Shown here in pieces: positions 1-13,467 of a DNA stretch of 64,000 nt. The position numbers were made by a program, and so were the translations under genes. Source of the stretch: Octopus vulgaris (lineage: Eukaryota); the NCBI GenBank assembly GCA_951406725.2, contig OX597819.1:78740001-78804000 (forward strand), given 5' to 3'. The first letter of the stretch is position 1; each line of letters opens with the position of its first letter. The notes under the pieces were generated by a model, which saw nothing but the letters and a program-made list of their open reading frames with translations, ran no database searches and was not told the DNA's origin.

Positions 1-160
1 GTCATTATATCGACCCCAAAGTTCAATTGGTACTTATTTTATTGACCCTGAAAGGATGAAAGGCAAAGTCAGCCTCACCGGAATCTGAACTCAGAACGTA
101 AAGATAGATGAAATGCTGCTAAGCATTTTACCTGGCATGCTAACGATTCTGCCAGCTTGC
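1..160 (-). mobile_element. SINE family D copy (tRNA-like B box, GCCTTTCATCCTTTCGGGGTCGATAAA core, (ATT)n tail)
   Basis: Reverse complement matches family D copies at 27765-27952 and 60995-61148. The core resembles the Meta-SINE-type domain (recalled, not searched). Confidence 0.7.
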
Positions 161-180
161 TTTCTTAAATAATAATAATA

Positions 181-630
181 GTTGTACATTGCTTTGTCTT
201 GGTATATAAGATGGGCTACAGCAAATATTCTGCTCAATACCACAGATTTGTTTGTCAGTTGTTTGACCTGACGATATGAGTATCTCTGGTCATGAGCATC
301 ATAGCCATGTGTTGAAAGGAACTCTTCGGGGTTTGGATTATTCACCTTTGGAAATACGGGTGTTTCATTCAGCATCCTTAAACAATCCTTATTCAGGGAA
401 CTTTTGAGCAGGGTGGGCTACTTGACCTGAAGAAAATTCTAACTGGGCTTCACCTGTAAGGTCATGTGCTGTTTATCTTGATATGAGATCACCATGTTGT
501 GCACATATGGTTGTGATGCATGTGCTTAGTGTACTCTTATCAGACAGGTAGTCATGATGGGTATACTGGGCTTCGTATATTTTACCCCAGTGTCACTTTG
601 ATGACATGCACTGCTCCTCACTCAATAATA
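181..630 (+). mobile_element. Interspersed repeat family C (~450-510 bp) ending CTCACTC(AAT)n
   Basis: Colinear with 14853-15329 (+), 37605-37821 (-) and 43036-43551 (-). Confidence 0.8.
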
Positions 631-823
631 GTCCTATCTACATTAAGCACAAAGCCTGAAATTTGGGGTGGGTGGGAGATAGTCACTTGAGCCTGTTGCT
701 GGAACTTACTGGTTATGCCACATATTTCATGTGGTCACACTGCATACTGGTTAATTACAAGAAAATATAATTTTTTTGCATTTTTATAATATTTCATAAT
801 TAAACTTATGATATTTAGCAACC

Positions 824-1210
824 ACCATCATCATGTGTCCACTTTTCATGCTGGCATGGGTTAGATGCCTTGACTGAAAATTGGTAAGCTGAGGAGCTAT
901 ACCAGGTTCCAGTCTGATTTAGCAAGGTTTCTATGGCTGGACACCCTTCCTAACACCAACCACTTCAAGAGTGTAGTGGGTGCTTTTTATGTGCCACTGG
1001 CACAGGTGCCATTGATTTGACACCAGCATTGGCCATAACTATGATCTCACTTGACTTGACAGATCTACATAAGCACAGTATATCGCCAAAGCTCTTCATC
1101 ACCTGTGACTGCCTTCATGGGGCCCAATGCCTGAGTGGTGCTTTTTAAGTGCCACCAGCACAGGTGCTGGTCAGACAGCACTGGCATCAGTCATGATTAT
1201 GATTTCACTT
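824..1210 (-). mobile_element. SINE family B copy, RTE-type (GAT)n tail
   Basis: Reverse of GGTGGCAC.TAAAAAGCACCCACTACACTC...GGTTGG.GTTAGGAAGGG...AACCCATGCCAGCATG...GATGATG. Confidence 0.75.
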
Positions 1211-1231
1211 GGCTTGTATCATTTAAATATC

Positions 1232-1432
1232 CTGTGTGTGTATTTGTATTTGTGTCTGTGTTTTCTCTCCTCCGTCACTCGTCAACTGTTGTTGGTGTAT
1301 TTACATCCCTGTAACTTAGCGGTTTGGCAAAAGACACTGATACAATAAGTACTAGACTTACAAAGAATCAGTTTTTTAAGGTGGTGCTCCAACATGGCCA
1401 CAGTCAAATGGCTGAAACAAATATAAGAATAA
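1232..1432 (+). mobile_element. SINE family A, 3' half (tail 1)
   Basis: GTAACTTAGCGGTTTGGCAAAAGA...GGTGCTCCAACATGGCCACAGTCAAATGGCTGAAACAA as in full copies. Confidence 0.75.
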
Positions 1433-1702
1433 ATGATATACTGGTAGTGATTGCTTTAATTTGGTCTCTCATTTACAAATTTATGGTCTTGCATCAGTGT
1501 TGTTTTCAACATGCACTCTTCTTCCCTATATCATTTGGCTGGTATTTGTATGAGATCTTTTGCCTATATAGTGGGCCTCTTGTGAGCTTGGTAGGGGCTC
1601 CCTTCTTGTCTCATAGTAGTTTCCTTGTTGGTTCAAAAGAAGTTTCCTTATCATGGTTGGGTAATTAGGGGAATATTCTTTTCTCACTGGATGTTTACAG
1701 GT

Positions 1703-1930
1703 TTAACCCTTTAGCATTCAGATTCTTCTGTCAAATGTAAAGCTTATATATTCACACCATGTAAAATTAATCTTGCATCATTTCATGGCTTTAAGATTTC
1801 AATGATGTGATTGTTTATTTTTAAAATGACACAATAAGGTAGCTATGAATGACTATATCTGACTAGTTTGAACATAAAATAGGTAGAATATTTTGGCCGG
1901 ATATGGCTGGTTTAAACACTAAAGGGTTAA
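1703..1930. mobile_element. piggyBac-type MITE
   Basis: TTAA-CCCTTTAG...CTAAAGGG-TTAA termini. Homologous copies at 10350-10537 and 16088-16258. Confidence 0.8.
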
Positions 1931-2147
1931 CTGAAACTGCAGAAAATGGAAACAATGCAAAATTTTAAATGCCGCTGTGTTCCAGATTTTATATTAAGTA
2001 GTGGAACAAACAATCCCTTGCAAATTCAGATTGCCTCATTGTCCCAGCAAACAAAATAGGAGAGGTGTTGCTCTGGGGGATGGTGAGGGAGATGCATTAG
2101 AACAGCCACTCTGACTCATGGGGCTTGCACCTGGGGCTCCTATAGAT

Positions 2148-2615
2148 GCAGGCATGGTTATGTGGTAAGAAGTTTTGCTTTCTAGCCACATAACTTCATG
2201 TTCACTCCCTCTGTGTGACACTATGACCAAGTGTTTTCTGCAACAGCTCACCAAAACTATGAGAGTGGATTTGGTAGCTGGAAACTGAAAGAAGTCCATT
2301 CATACATATTTCTATATTGTCATCCTCCTCATCGTCATCATCATTTAACATCAGTTGGATTGGACAAAATATATATGTGTGTATGTGTGTGTTTTTATCT
2401 CTCCTTGTTTTTGTGAAATTGTCACTCATAAATGAGTAATTGAATGTCGTTCATTTCCAGTATTCTGTCAAAATATGTTTTGGGGGAAATGTTACATTGG
2501 TTGGAAACTGGTGAAAGTTGGTAACATGCAGTCATATAAAATCTTCCTCGATATTGATAAACTCCACCTGGCCCATGCAAGCATCGAAAAATGGACATTA
2601 AAGTGATCAGGATGA
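2148..2615 (+). mobile_element. SINE family A head with alternative RTE-type tail 2 (decayed)
   Basis: TGTGGTAAGAAGTTTTGCTT head, GGAAACTGAAAGAAG, microsatellite, then CCCATGCAAGCAT...GGACATTAAA tail. Confidence 0.65.
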
Positions 2616-3959
2616 GGTGTGTTTATGTGAGAGTGCATAGTATATGTATTGTGTGTGTGTGTGTGTGTGTGTGAACTTGTGTACATAGCTAACAGTCATA
2701 TATTAGTACCTGAATGACTACTTGTAAATTCAGTTGGCATATGATAAAGATCATATGCATACGCGCACACACAGTGTGTCACTTTCAGGTTTTATCAGCC
2801 ATATCTACTTGCAAGGCATTGGGTGGTCTGAGGTTATAAAAGAAGAGACTTGCCTAAGGTTTCAAGCAATGAAACTGAACTTGAAACCCGATGTTTTGGA
2901 AGCAAATTTCTTAACCACACTGTCATTACTGCACTTATATATATATATACACACACACACGTGTGTGCATGTATAAAATATATGTATATGCAATAGAAAC
3001 AGTTGTCAGCTTTATAAGGTGAGATCGATAATAAAGATGTAATTTTTTCTATACACACACACATAATATTTGGTCTAAATTTGATGGTTTGCATAAAAGC
3101 AAAGAAAAAATATTCCATCAGAAAATAAAATCGAAAAATATCAACTAGATCATGGTTGGCAGATAACAAAGATAATAAAGTGGTTTCCCTCAGGTTCCAC
3201 TTCAGCCTCAGGAGAGCTCTGGAACCTGATGCATGCATGCCTCATTGTGTCCCTTAGCAGATCTTGAAACGCCTTCTTAGTCTTGACTATTAGCCCAGGT
3301 TTGGTGTTGTAGGCTGTTTATTAGTGTCTTTCTCAACCATGCCTCACAGGTAGTGATCCATGAAATTAACAATTGGAGCAATTAGGAGGCTAAAATTTAG
3401 GACTGGAAAAATTGTAGAAATTCTCCGACAACCATGTCTGACTTTTTCCAAAGGTATGGGAAAGGAGCTGAATCCAGCTGCTACATATATGTCTTTCCAG
3501 CAGCAACCACCTCCCACCCCAGGAATTGACTACAGTCTCTAGCAGATTCACATTGCCTTCTAAATTGAACCTAAGGCACTGTCCAAAGATGTAGCGATGA
3601 ATTGCAGCATGCAGACATAGTCAGGTTTACATCTATGTCCCTTCCTGTTGGTCACTGCTTTGTAGTGTCCATTGCAGCAGTCCATGTCATGTGTTGCAGC
3701 CTTTACAGTGTTCATAGAGCATTGAACAGCAGTCATGATGTCAGCATATTGACACCTGGTACAAATGATCATGATGCAGGTAACTCTTTTCAGATGACTT
3801 CTTGTCCTCCATGTCAGCTTTAATTTTTTATACTCTTGGCTGTTTATCAATACATTAAGCTGTTCTTGAAAAAAAGAGATATAAAACAATCATCAAATTT
3901 AGCCCAGTCTATACATAGGTGAAGAATGGACTGGGTCTTACATTTATTTATTTCATGGT

Positions 3960-4925
3960 GTGGCTGACAAATCAAATATTTAATGCAAGCCAACTTGCTG
4001 ACCATGCAGATTTGCATGTGAGTTACCCAACTGTTTACAAAACTTTGTTTGAACTTAAGAGAAAAAACCGTACACTCCACATCTTGTACAAGAACTCAAT
4101 GATGATGATCCTGATCAGCATCTAGAAGCATGCAAAAGTTTTTCCACACATGTTTGAAGATGATCCAACGTCTGTTGATTGAATCTTGTGATCTGATGAG
4201 GCGGTTTTCAAACTCAATGCACAAATTAACAAACATACCTGCATGTACCGGAATTTAAAAAATCTTCACCACACTTTGCAGAAGTCAGTGAATTTTCCTG
4301 GTCTCAGCATGTGGTGTGCCATTTCATCACAGGGAATTATTGGACCATACTTTTTTGATGCTACTGTCTCTGGAGGTTCATACCTTGACATGCTTCAAAA
4401 CTGGTTATGTCCCGAGGTGGCAGAGCAAGTTTACTCTGAGCAGGATGGGGCACTGCCACATTATTCTTTGCCAGTGCACCAGTGGTTGGATGACAATTTT
4501 CCTGGTGCGTGGATTGGACGAAGAGGGCTAGTTGAATGGCCAACCCAGTTGTCCAACCTCACCTCGTGTGACTTTTTTCTTTGGGGAATATTAAAAGATT
4601 GGGTATATGGTCGCAATCTGCGTAACCGTCATTCAACTTCAAGCGGAAATAGAAATTACTGTCCATGAGATCGACACAGAATTGTGCCAAAAGGTGTGCT
4701 GACCTGTTCAGTCCAATATTGATCATTGTCTTAAAAAAGATGGCAAGCATTTTGAGAACTATCTTTGAGCCTACTTTTTAATCCATGTTTCATAAATTTC
4801 TTTTTTATGATTCTTCATTTACTTCACTGATTGTATTCTAATTATATGTGAGTAAAAATCAAAATTCACTGTGTTCAAATATATATATTCCTTAATGCTC
4901 TAGTGTGTTGTGTTACTTTACAAAC

Positions 4926-4933
<8 letters not shown>
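3960..4933 (+). pseudogene. Decayed Tc1/mariner-superfamily transposon, DD41D (rosa-like) transposase relic
   Basis: Frames give an HTH-like SQLADHADLHVSYPTVYKTL, then HLVQELNDDDPD, IL*SDEAVFKLN, WCAISSQGIIGPYFF, QDGALPH...WIGRRG..EWP...SCDFFLWG with 41 residues between the last two Asp, ending DGKHFENYL*. Stops and frameshifts present. CACCCTATA at ~4925-4933 resembles a right TIR. Confidence 0.9.
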
Positions 4934-4973
<40 letters not shown>

Positions 4974-4998
4974 AACACACATGCATATACATATATAT

Positions 4999-5029
<31 letters not shown>

Positions 5030-5044
5030 CACACACATAAAATA

Positions 5045-5272
5045 CACCAATCCGACCGTGGCCGTTGCCAGCCTCGCCTGGCACCTGTACAGGTGGCACG
5101 TAAAAAGCACCCACTACACTCAGGGAGTGGTTGGCGTTAGGAAGGGCATCCAGCTGTAGAAACACTGCCAGATAAGACTGGAGCCTGGTGCAGCCTTCTG
5201 GCTTCCCAGATCCCCGGTCGAACCGTCCAACCCATGCTAGCATGGAGAACGGATGTTAAACGATGATGATGA
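5045..5272 (+). mobile_element. SINE family B, well conserved
   Basis: Near-identical to 40702-40949 and 53860-54108; ends GTTAAACGATGATGATGAT. Confidence 0.85.
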
Positions 5273-5380
5273 TATACACACATTTATATACATATATATA
5301 TATGCACACACATATATGTATATATATATACATACATATATATATACATATATATACACATATACATACATATATATATA

Positions 5381-5427
<47 letters not shown>

Positions 5428-5834
5428 GCATATATATAATATTTTGGGGTGGTCATTTTTTTTTCTTGCCAAATAAACACACACACTATATATTCGTTCT
5501 TCACTCATTTATTATTGTTCTTATTTTATTTTATGTCCATTTTCTGGAAATCTTTCATCACACACCTGTGACCTTTTCGGCGACTCTACCACCCTTTGTG
5601 TGTCCTTTGTTCTCAGGAATCTTGCAAAAGAATTTCATAAACATGTGTACACATGCATGCACACACACACACACGTTTTTATCATAGTTACTGTATCTTT
5701 TTGCTCATTAAAGACAATATGTGATTTGACAGAGATTTAACTATTATTTCTAGCAGGTTGACCAACTGCATAGATGATCCCTCTTTGACTCATTCTTTCA
5801 GTTAAACCCTACTTATAACTTCTATCAATGTTGT

Positions 5835-5880
<46 letters not shown>

Positions 5881-7229
5881 TTTTATGTACATATATATTG
5901 TAATGTTTGGCATCTTCAACACTGGGAACAATTTGGCTGCTTCTTACTCATGCCCTTGGTACCATTTATTAGTATGTTTGTTAAAGTTTCCTTATATTTC
6001 ATCTTACCTCTTTCTCTTTCTTCTTTCTCACCCTCTCTTTGTCTGTCTGGCGCTCTTCCTCTCTCTCTCTCAACAGTAATTTAGCTTTTTAACTTTTCGA
6101 TGATTGGTTTCAGGAACAATGGTTACTCTTTGGTTTATTGACTCTACTACTACTACTGCTGCTACTACTACTACTACTACTACTGCTGCTGCTGCTACTA
6201 CTACTACTTCTTCATTATTATGATCCTCATCATCGCCTTTCAAAAAAAGAAAATGCATTATCAGACACGTCTCTACCTTTGCCACTGGTGCCAATAACAT
6301 TATCAACGGCAACAACCTCATAACTAAAGACAACATCTCTCCCTATCGCATTTACACACACACACACACACACACACACTCAAACATTCAATAGCTTCCT
6401 TCTGTAACACCGAGAGCTTGCAGTAGTTGTGGTGGTGGTGGTGGTGGTTTGCGATAATGTTACTATTGTGGCGACAGCAGCAGTAGAGACGGTGTTGGCG
6501 GCGGCGGCGGCGGTGGCAGTATGGTATTCTGCGGCTGTCAACTTCGAGCCATCAATTATCATTTAATATGTGATTGAGTGTAGAAGCAGCGGTACTCAGT
6601 ACTTGGGGTCTGGTAATAAACAAAAGGAATCGGTTGTACCAATGTTAAAACATAGATTTTCATTTTGCTTTATTGGACCCTGATTTCTTGAGTAAGTATT
6701 TTCCGACAGAAAACATTTGTAAAAATCATAATATCGCCACAGAACTTTGACTTGGTTTAAGGGTCAGCTTTATCATGGTTTGGTTCCTGTAGTATTTAGA
6801 TTGTTTTATTGTCTATGATGGATGAATTCTGTTCTCCTAACCTGATTTATCAAACTTCTTGATTGCCGATTCTTCTTAAGCCTCCACACATACTCACATA
6901 CAGTATATGCACTGACACCACCACCACCACCAGCACCCACCCGCCCGCCCTCCCTCCCTGCACAAACATGTGTGCACACATTTTATACATATGGTTACAT
7001 ACACACACACATGTATTGTTTTCTGTGTGTATATGAATATGTGTGTTTTTCTGTTTTTCTTTCTCTTTATGAATGCAAGAAGTTGTCTTTATGAAAAATT
7101 CATCATAGTGTGTGTGTGTATGTGTGTTTGTGTGTGATAGCTATATTTCACTTTGATTTTCCACAATAACTGTCCATTGTTTTCCATTCATTCTTACAAC
7201 TCAATGCTTTTCCCTTTCTTTTTTTTTCA

Positions 7230-7736
7230 TGCACACACACATATTTGTGTATATATGTATGTATATATATGTGTATATATATATATATATGCATATATAT
7301 ATATTTATATATATGTATTTATGTATATATATATATATATATGTATATGTATATATATGTATATGTATATATATGTATATATGTATATGTATATGTATAT
7401 ATATGTATATATATGTATATATGTATATGTATATATATGTATATATGTATATATATGTATATATGTATATGTATATATGTATATGTATGTATATATATAT
7501 ATGTATATATATATATATGTGTGTATGCATATATATGTGTGTATGCATATATATGTGTGTATGCATATATATATGTGTATGTATGTATATATATATGTGT
7601 ATGTATGTATATATATGTGTATGTATGTATGTATATGTACATATATATGTATGTATATATATGTGTATGTATGTATGTATATATATGTACATATATATGT
7701 ATGTATATATATGTATTTATGTATATATATATATAT

Positions 7737-7771
<35 letters not shown>

Positions 7772-7830
7772 ATATGTATATATATATATATATGCATTTG
7801 TGTGTGTATATATATATATATATATAATCT
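7230..7830. repeat. Compound (TA/TG/TATG)n microsatellite; similar tracts at 5280-5440, 29240-29710, 30725-31160, 58750-58940
   Basis: Direct inspection; accounts for the long Y/I/M/C/V ORFs. Confidence 0.95.
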
Positions 7831-8552
7831 CAATATTTTACTCAGCCTCTCTCTATCTATCCATATTATCTATTGCTTCATTTTTAGATAGATCTTCCTC
7901 TTACCTTTAAATTATTCACTTGCTTATTAATAATTATTAATCTGCTTGTCATGTATTTCGCTATATTGAAAATTTTCGGCTTGCTGTCTATTGGTTCTAG
8001 CTACAAAGAAATCATTGAGTTTCTTATCAGATCTGATATGAATGACAACCATCGTGTTTGGCTTTTGTGGCCATCGACGTGGCTAGCTGTCAGCATGCCG
8101 CCATTACCGATAGGCTGCTATCGACTTGCAGCGACCATGTATCTATCATAGAGCTAAATTCCTGCTTTTCGAGAGAAAAATAATGTTCTCTCTTACTCTC
8201 TCTCTCTCTTTCCCTTACTCCCTCTATTTCTTTACCCCTTTCTGTTCTGTATTAACTACGGAGGAGAAGTGAATCGCTGCAGAATGAGTTGGGTGGAATG
8301 GTGAAAGGGTGGCATGAAGGGTGAGGGTGAAAGAGCGGAGTGGCACTACAGTGTGGCAAGGTGATAACAAGGTGAGGGCGGCTATGCATTTATAAGAGTT
8401 GTGGAGGTTGCTCTTTCTCTGTCGGTGGTGTTGATGTTGTTGCTTGTCCTTGCTTGCTTCCAGGGTATGTTGTCATATTTTTAAGCGAAGGTGTCAAAGA
8501 ATTTATGATAAACTTGTATTAAAGTTTAGTGGCTCTTACGTTTATATGTGTG

Positions 8553-8584
<32 letters not shown>

Positions 8585-9210
8585 GTAAATAGTAACAATA
8601 TTTGTGATGGCTGTGGTGGTGGCTATGTTGTTGGCGTTGGCGGAAGTGGTAATGGCAATAATGGTAATAAAGAGCAAGTGAACAAGGGAAGAATCTTGAA
8701 AGTTTGGCTGGGAATGAATGAAAAGATGGTGAAAAAGTGATTTTGTGTGTGTGTGTGTGTGAGTGTGTGCATGAAAGTATGGTTGGTGTATGAGCGAGGA
8801 AGAATATACATAGAGGGATGAGAAGCAAGGGAATGAAGGGAGATAGAGAAGAATATGTGCTAGAAAGAAAGAAAGAAAGTACTGTTGAGAGAAGTTGTGT
8901 GTGTGTGGACTATGGAATGAAAGAGAGTAATATTGATAATAAAAATGAAACCGAAAAGCAAAGACACTTTTGAATATCACAGAAGGAGACTTAGTCTGAT
9001 ATACGAGAATGGTTGACCCATTCCAGATCACATTGTTGGTGGTGGTGGTGGTGGTGGGGAAAAGGTTGTGAAGAGAAAGTGAGCAGGGTGAGAGTGGGTT
9101 GGCATGATGTGGGGAGGTGGGGAAGATTGGGAAGAATCTCTCTGTGTAGACAATATGGATCCTTGTGCGCAATCTACTTTGATTTTCTTACCAGCTTAAA
9201 TGATGTTTGA

Positions 9211-9420
9211 TGGTCGTGGGAGACATAGGTACTGTGACCCCTAGGTGGGCTCTGAGTGACTTGCCTTAGATGTGATCTAAGAGAGCCTGGGCTTGCAGCA
9301 GAGTTCACTAAAGACAGATGTAGCTGACTTGTCCAACCCATGCCAGCATGGGACCTAAATCTCTTGAATAAACGACATCGCACGCCATTGATGCTGATGA
9401 TGATGATGATGATGATGATG
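9211..9420 (+). mobile_element. 3' end of RTE-clade LINE
   Basis: Remnant GRGR...DLREPGLAAEFTKDR typical of RTE C-termini, followed by CCAACCCATGCCAGCATGG and (GAT)n. Confidence 0.6.
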
Positions 9421-9939
9421 TATGTTGTTAACCATTATGACCAAAGTCTACTTGGAAGCAAGGCGACAAGAATCGGTGTATGCTGATTTATTTGTTAAAT
9501 TAAGAGAGTGCTGTTTTTAGTATAATATAGTTTTGTAGGTAGAGAATTGTTGATCCTGTCGAAGCAAATGTGTTCCTGATTATTAATTTCATAAAGCCTG
9601 GATTTAATGATTAGTAACTAACTCGCTCTCTCTCACTCACACACACACACGCACGCACATACAGAGTTAGGAGCATCAACTTGCACCAATCCCCTCAGTT
9701 CTTAATGTCATCACTTTTGTTGTTGTTGTTCACATACCTCTGCCATGTCAGCACTCAAATTGAGCAGACCAATGGTCAAAGGGATTCTAGACACAACCAA
9801 TCCATTTTTATTTTCCTTTTTTTTTTTCTTATGAGACACAGTGTTGCTAGCACTACATGGTTCAATGTTCACTTCCTTTTTTTAAGAGAGATTTGGCTTC
9901 AATCTTTAGCAAACTACCTTGTTGGCTTCTTTTTTCTTT

Positions 9940-10117
9940 TTTTTTCTATTTGTTTTGGTCTTTGGACTGTGGCCATGCTGGAGTATTTTCGTTGAAACAA
10001 ATCAACCCTGGCACTTATTCTTTTCTTAAAGTCTGATAATTCTATCAGGTACTTTTTGCTGAATTGCTATGTTACAAGGACATAAACGAACCAAGACATG
10101 TTGTCACACAATGGTAG

Positions 10118-10151
<34 letters not shown>

Positions 10152-10320
10152 GTATATATATATATGAACAGATTTCCACACAGTTTCTATCTACTAAATT
10201 CACTCACAAGGCATTGATTTGCCTAGGGCTGTAGTTGAAGACACTTACCCAGGATGCCTTATAGTAGGTCTGAACTTGAAACCATGTGGTTGCAAAGGGA
10301 ACTTCTTAAGCACAGAACCC
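9940..10320 (-). mobile_element. SINE family A (decayed)
   Basis: Reverse of head, central microsatellite and tail 1. Confidence 0.7.
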
Positions 10321-10349
10321 TTCACATTGTTTTTTCTTTTCGTTTTTTG

Positions 10350-10537
10350 TTAAATCCTTTAAAAGCATTCAGATTACTCTGTCAAATATAAAACCTATTT
10401 ATTCACAATGTTTTGAATTGATCAGACATTATGTCATAGATTCAAGTTTTTGTTGGTGTGAATATTTATTTTTAGAATGATATTGTAGGGATGGTCTGAG
10501 AGGCCAGATGCGGCCGGTTTAAATACTAAAGGGTTAA
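10350..10537. mobile_element. piggyBac-type MITE, same family as 1703-1930
   Basis: GCATTCAGATTACTCTGTCAAAT body; ends CTAAAGGGTTAA. Confidence 0.75.
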
Positions 10538-11030
10538 CATGCAGCCTTTGTTGTTCCTTCTTAACCGCATTTCAGAACTGAATGCCTGCAATGCCAGAAT
10601 AATTTTTGAGAGAATGATGGTATGTTCTCAATCTTAATCAAGCTGGAATTTTCAACCAGAGGTTTGTTTCAGAGCCCGGAACACATTTCCATTCTTTTTC
10701 AGACTTATACTATGCTTTTAGTATATGAATGGGGAAAGGCAGAATTGTTACAACTCTAATTGGCTCTCTCCTCTGAGATGAAATTAGCTGTTTCTTCCTA
10801 ACGGTTGATGTTAGTTAGTAATTGTGAAAAGGTTAGGCAGACAATGTAGACTTTGAATGTTTGAGTATATTTATTTATCATATTTGCACAAGATAAATAA
10901 GTTTGGCAGAAATGATGTGTGTGTGTGTGTGTGAATATTAGATGTGAACGTCTTGGGGAAACAAGAATTGCGAAAGAAAAAAATGGTTTTCTCACCTTTT
11001 GTCACATCTGTTCTCATTAATACATACATA

Positions 11031-11076
<46 letters not shown>

Positions 11077-13099
11077 TACTTACATGTGCACACATATATA
11101 CATTATGGATGAAAATCTCATAATGAATTAATTACAAATAAATAATTGGATATTTAGAAGTTTTTCTTTTTTCATTATCATAATCATCATAGTTGTAAAC
11201 AAGAAGCTAAGGGAATTGATTTGACTCTAATTTATTATCAGTGTAAAAGCAAAATAGCCGAGAGGATATCGCGTTGATCTACCAACTCATTGGTCTTGAG
11301 TTCAAATCCAGTTTATTTTTGCTTTGTTTTTGTTTTGTTTATTTATGCATTTTTTGTGGGAGGTGGAGTGTGTTTAAATGAAAGTTAGCTATTCGCTTGA
11401 TCTTCTTGGGTTCTCCAAAACTACTGAAGGTGATGTAATTGATGTTCAGCTAAAATATCTTTAAGTTGACAGTTGTAGGTAAATCTTAGGTGGTGTGGTT
11501 ATAACTGAGGGTTGGCAGACATGTTGTTATCTCCATTCACTCAGAAAACATCAGGCAATGAAAGGTTTCCAAGCAGTATCCTTCTGAGCCAAAGTGCACC
11601 CGCCTTTCCCAGGTGACACCCATGTCTGTCAAGTTTTCTTGCATGGCCTTTTGCCATGTTTTTACAACCTGACTTTCTTTTTTCCCCCTTTTCCTTCAAT
11701 TCTCCACTGCATGACTGTCTTTGCCAGTCTCTCCACTGATAAGCACAGTAAATGGCCAAGCAGCTTCTTTCATTGCACTGTGGGAGAGGAAAAATTATGG
11801 AAAGTGGAAGTAATTGGTATTGGGCCTGTGTGGTAAAAAACACAGGTTCTATATTGTATGAGCAATGTGAGGAGGAGAACCAGGATGTGTTGGGTGTGAT
11901 TTGCCTGTCTTTCATTCAGAGGTGCTGAGACACTGTTACTGTAGTGTTGAATACAATAAGCTGAAGGAGATGACATGTCTCTGTGCTAGAAGATGTGGTT
12001 ATGTGAATCATCTATCTATAAAGTGACCCTGGCATGCTTAGGCAATGTTTACGTTACATTATTACTTCACACTATTACTGACTATTTGTATTCTCAACCT
12101 CATGGTTTTGGGTTCTGTTCATTTGATCCCACTGTGTGCCCTCCCCCCCGGGCATGTTTTCTATATTAGCCCAGGCTCAGCCAAAACCTTGTGTGTAGAT
12201 TTGGTAGTGGATTTGGGAATGAGTGTCACCATCATGCAAACAGTGACCTTTGTTTGCAATCTTCCATGAAAACGTGCCATGGAGACATATTACCTTACTT
12301 AGAAAACAAATGAGAGTTGGCAACAGAAAGGGTATCTGACCATAGAAAATCCCATCAACAAATTCTGTTCAACCCATGTGACATGGAGGATGATAATGAT
12401 ATTTTATGATAACACAATGAATTAGCAGCATTAAAATTTATTTGCAATATTAGATAGGCTTAGCTGTAAGAGGAAATAATTAAAATGTAAACACATTCCT
12501 TCCATCTCTTTGATGTGTGGAAAAAGAGAGTGTATGATTCCTGACACTGTTTCACAGCTTGTTGACCACATCTCCGAGAAGATGTACCTGATTTCCCTCC
12601 TTATTTACAGTGGTAGAAGAAGAAATAATGGAACTGAGTTAGAGTGATTGCACGGTTATTGAACAGAACGCAAAAGGGTGATGAAACATAGTGATAGAGA
12701 ACTATGTTGTTGGTGGTGAAAAGATCTGGTAGAAATAGCATGAGCAATGCGATGGATGAGAGAGAGTTGGAAGAGGGAGTATTGGAAGTGAGAGAGTGAT
12801 GGGAGTAACAGAGTGGAACTGATAGATGTCAATAACATGTTTTTAGTAGATGACATAGTAGGGAAGAGAGAGGGTGTGTGATGGGTAGCAATAATGAAAT
12901 GATGATGGTGTCGGTATTGAATATGAACAGATCTAATGTGATGCCGTCCCTCATCACACAGGCAGTGTGATGGGAAAGAGATAGAGTAATGGTAGAGAAG
13001 CACATTGACAGTAGAAGAGGTGAGCAATAAATGTGAGAGTAATGAAGAAAGTGGTATATCAAGGCTTACTATGAAGATACACCTGAAGCACAAACATGC

Positions 13100-13467
13100 T
13101 CATGTAGTTTGTATCCCAACCACGTTGTCTCAGGTTCAGTCCTACTGTGCAACACCTTGTGTTAGTGTTTTTTACTATGTCCCCGGACTGAGCAAAGCCT
13201 TAGATAGACAATGAAAGAAACTGACTGTTTGTGTGTGCATTTTCCCTTATCTAGACACCCTGTAATAGTTATAATTGAGCATCGTTGTTACGCAAATGAG
13301 GTTGTCCAATTCCGGTCTTCTATGAAAAACATGTCTGGCCATGGGAAGATATTGCCCTCTTTGGAAATCAGTGAGGATTGGTGACAGGATGGGCATTTGG
13401 TTGTTGAAAATCTGCCTCAACAGATTTAGTCTGACCCATGCAAGCATGGAAAAGCGGACATTAAATT
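13100..13467 (+). mobile_element. SINE family A head + tail 2 (decayed); another copy at ~12100-12400
   Basis: GGTTCAGTCCTACTGTGCAACACCTTG...ACATGTCTGGCCATGGG...ACCCATGCAAGCATGGAAAAGCGGACATTAAA. Confidence 0.65.

Noticed and set aside
7153-7891. Long ORFs of 140-224 aa, and similar ORFs near 29264-29906, 30601-31436 and 58687-59068
   Set aside because: Translations of (TA/TG)n microsatellites, open in several frames on both strands with only Y/I/M/C/V/H/T residues.
7951-8151. 66-aa ORF in a unique CpG-containing island
   Set aside because: No recognisable domain and no convincing splice donor; could still be regulatory.
11700-13090. Possible minus-strand CR1-group LINE remnants (e.g. RDGITLDLFI)
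   Set aside because: Too decayed to call by eye; needs a translated profile search.
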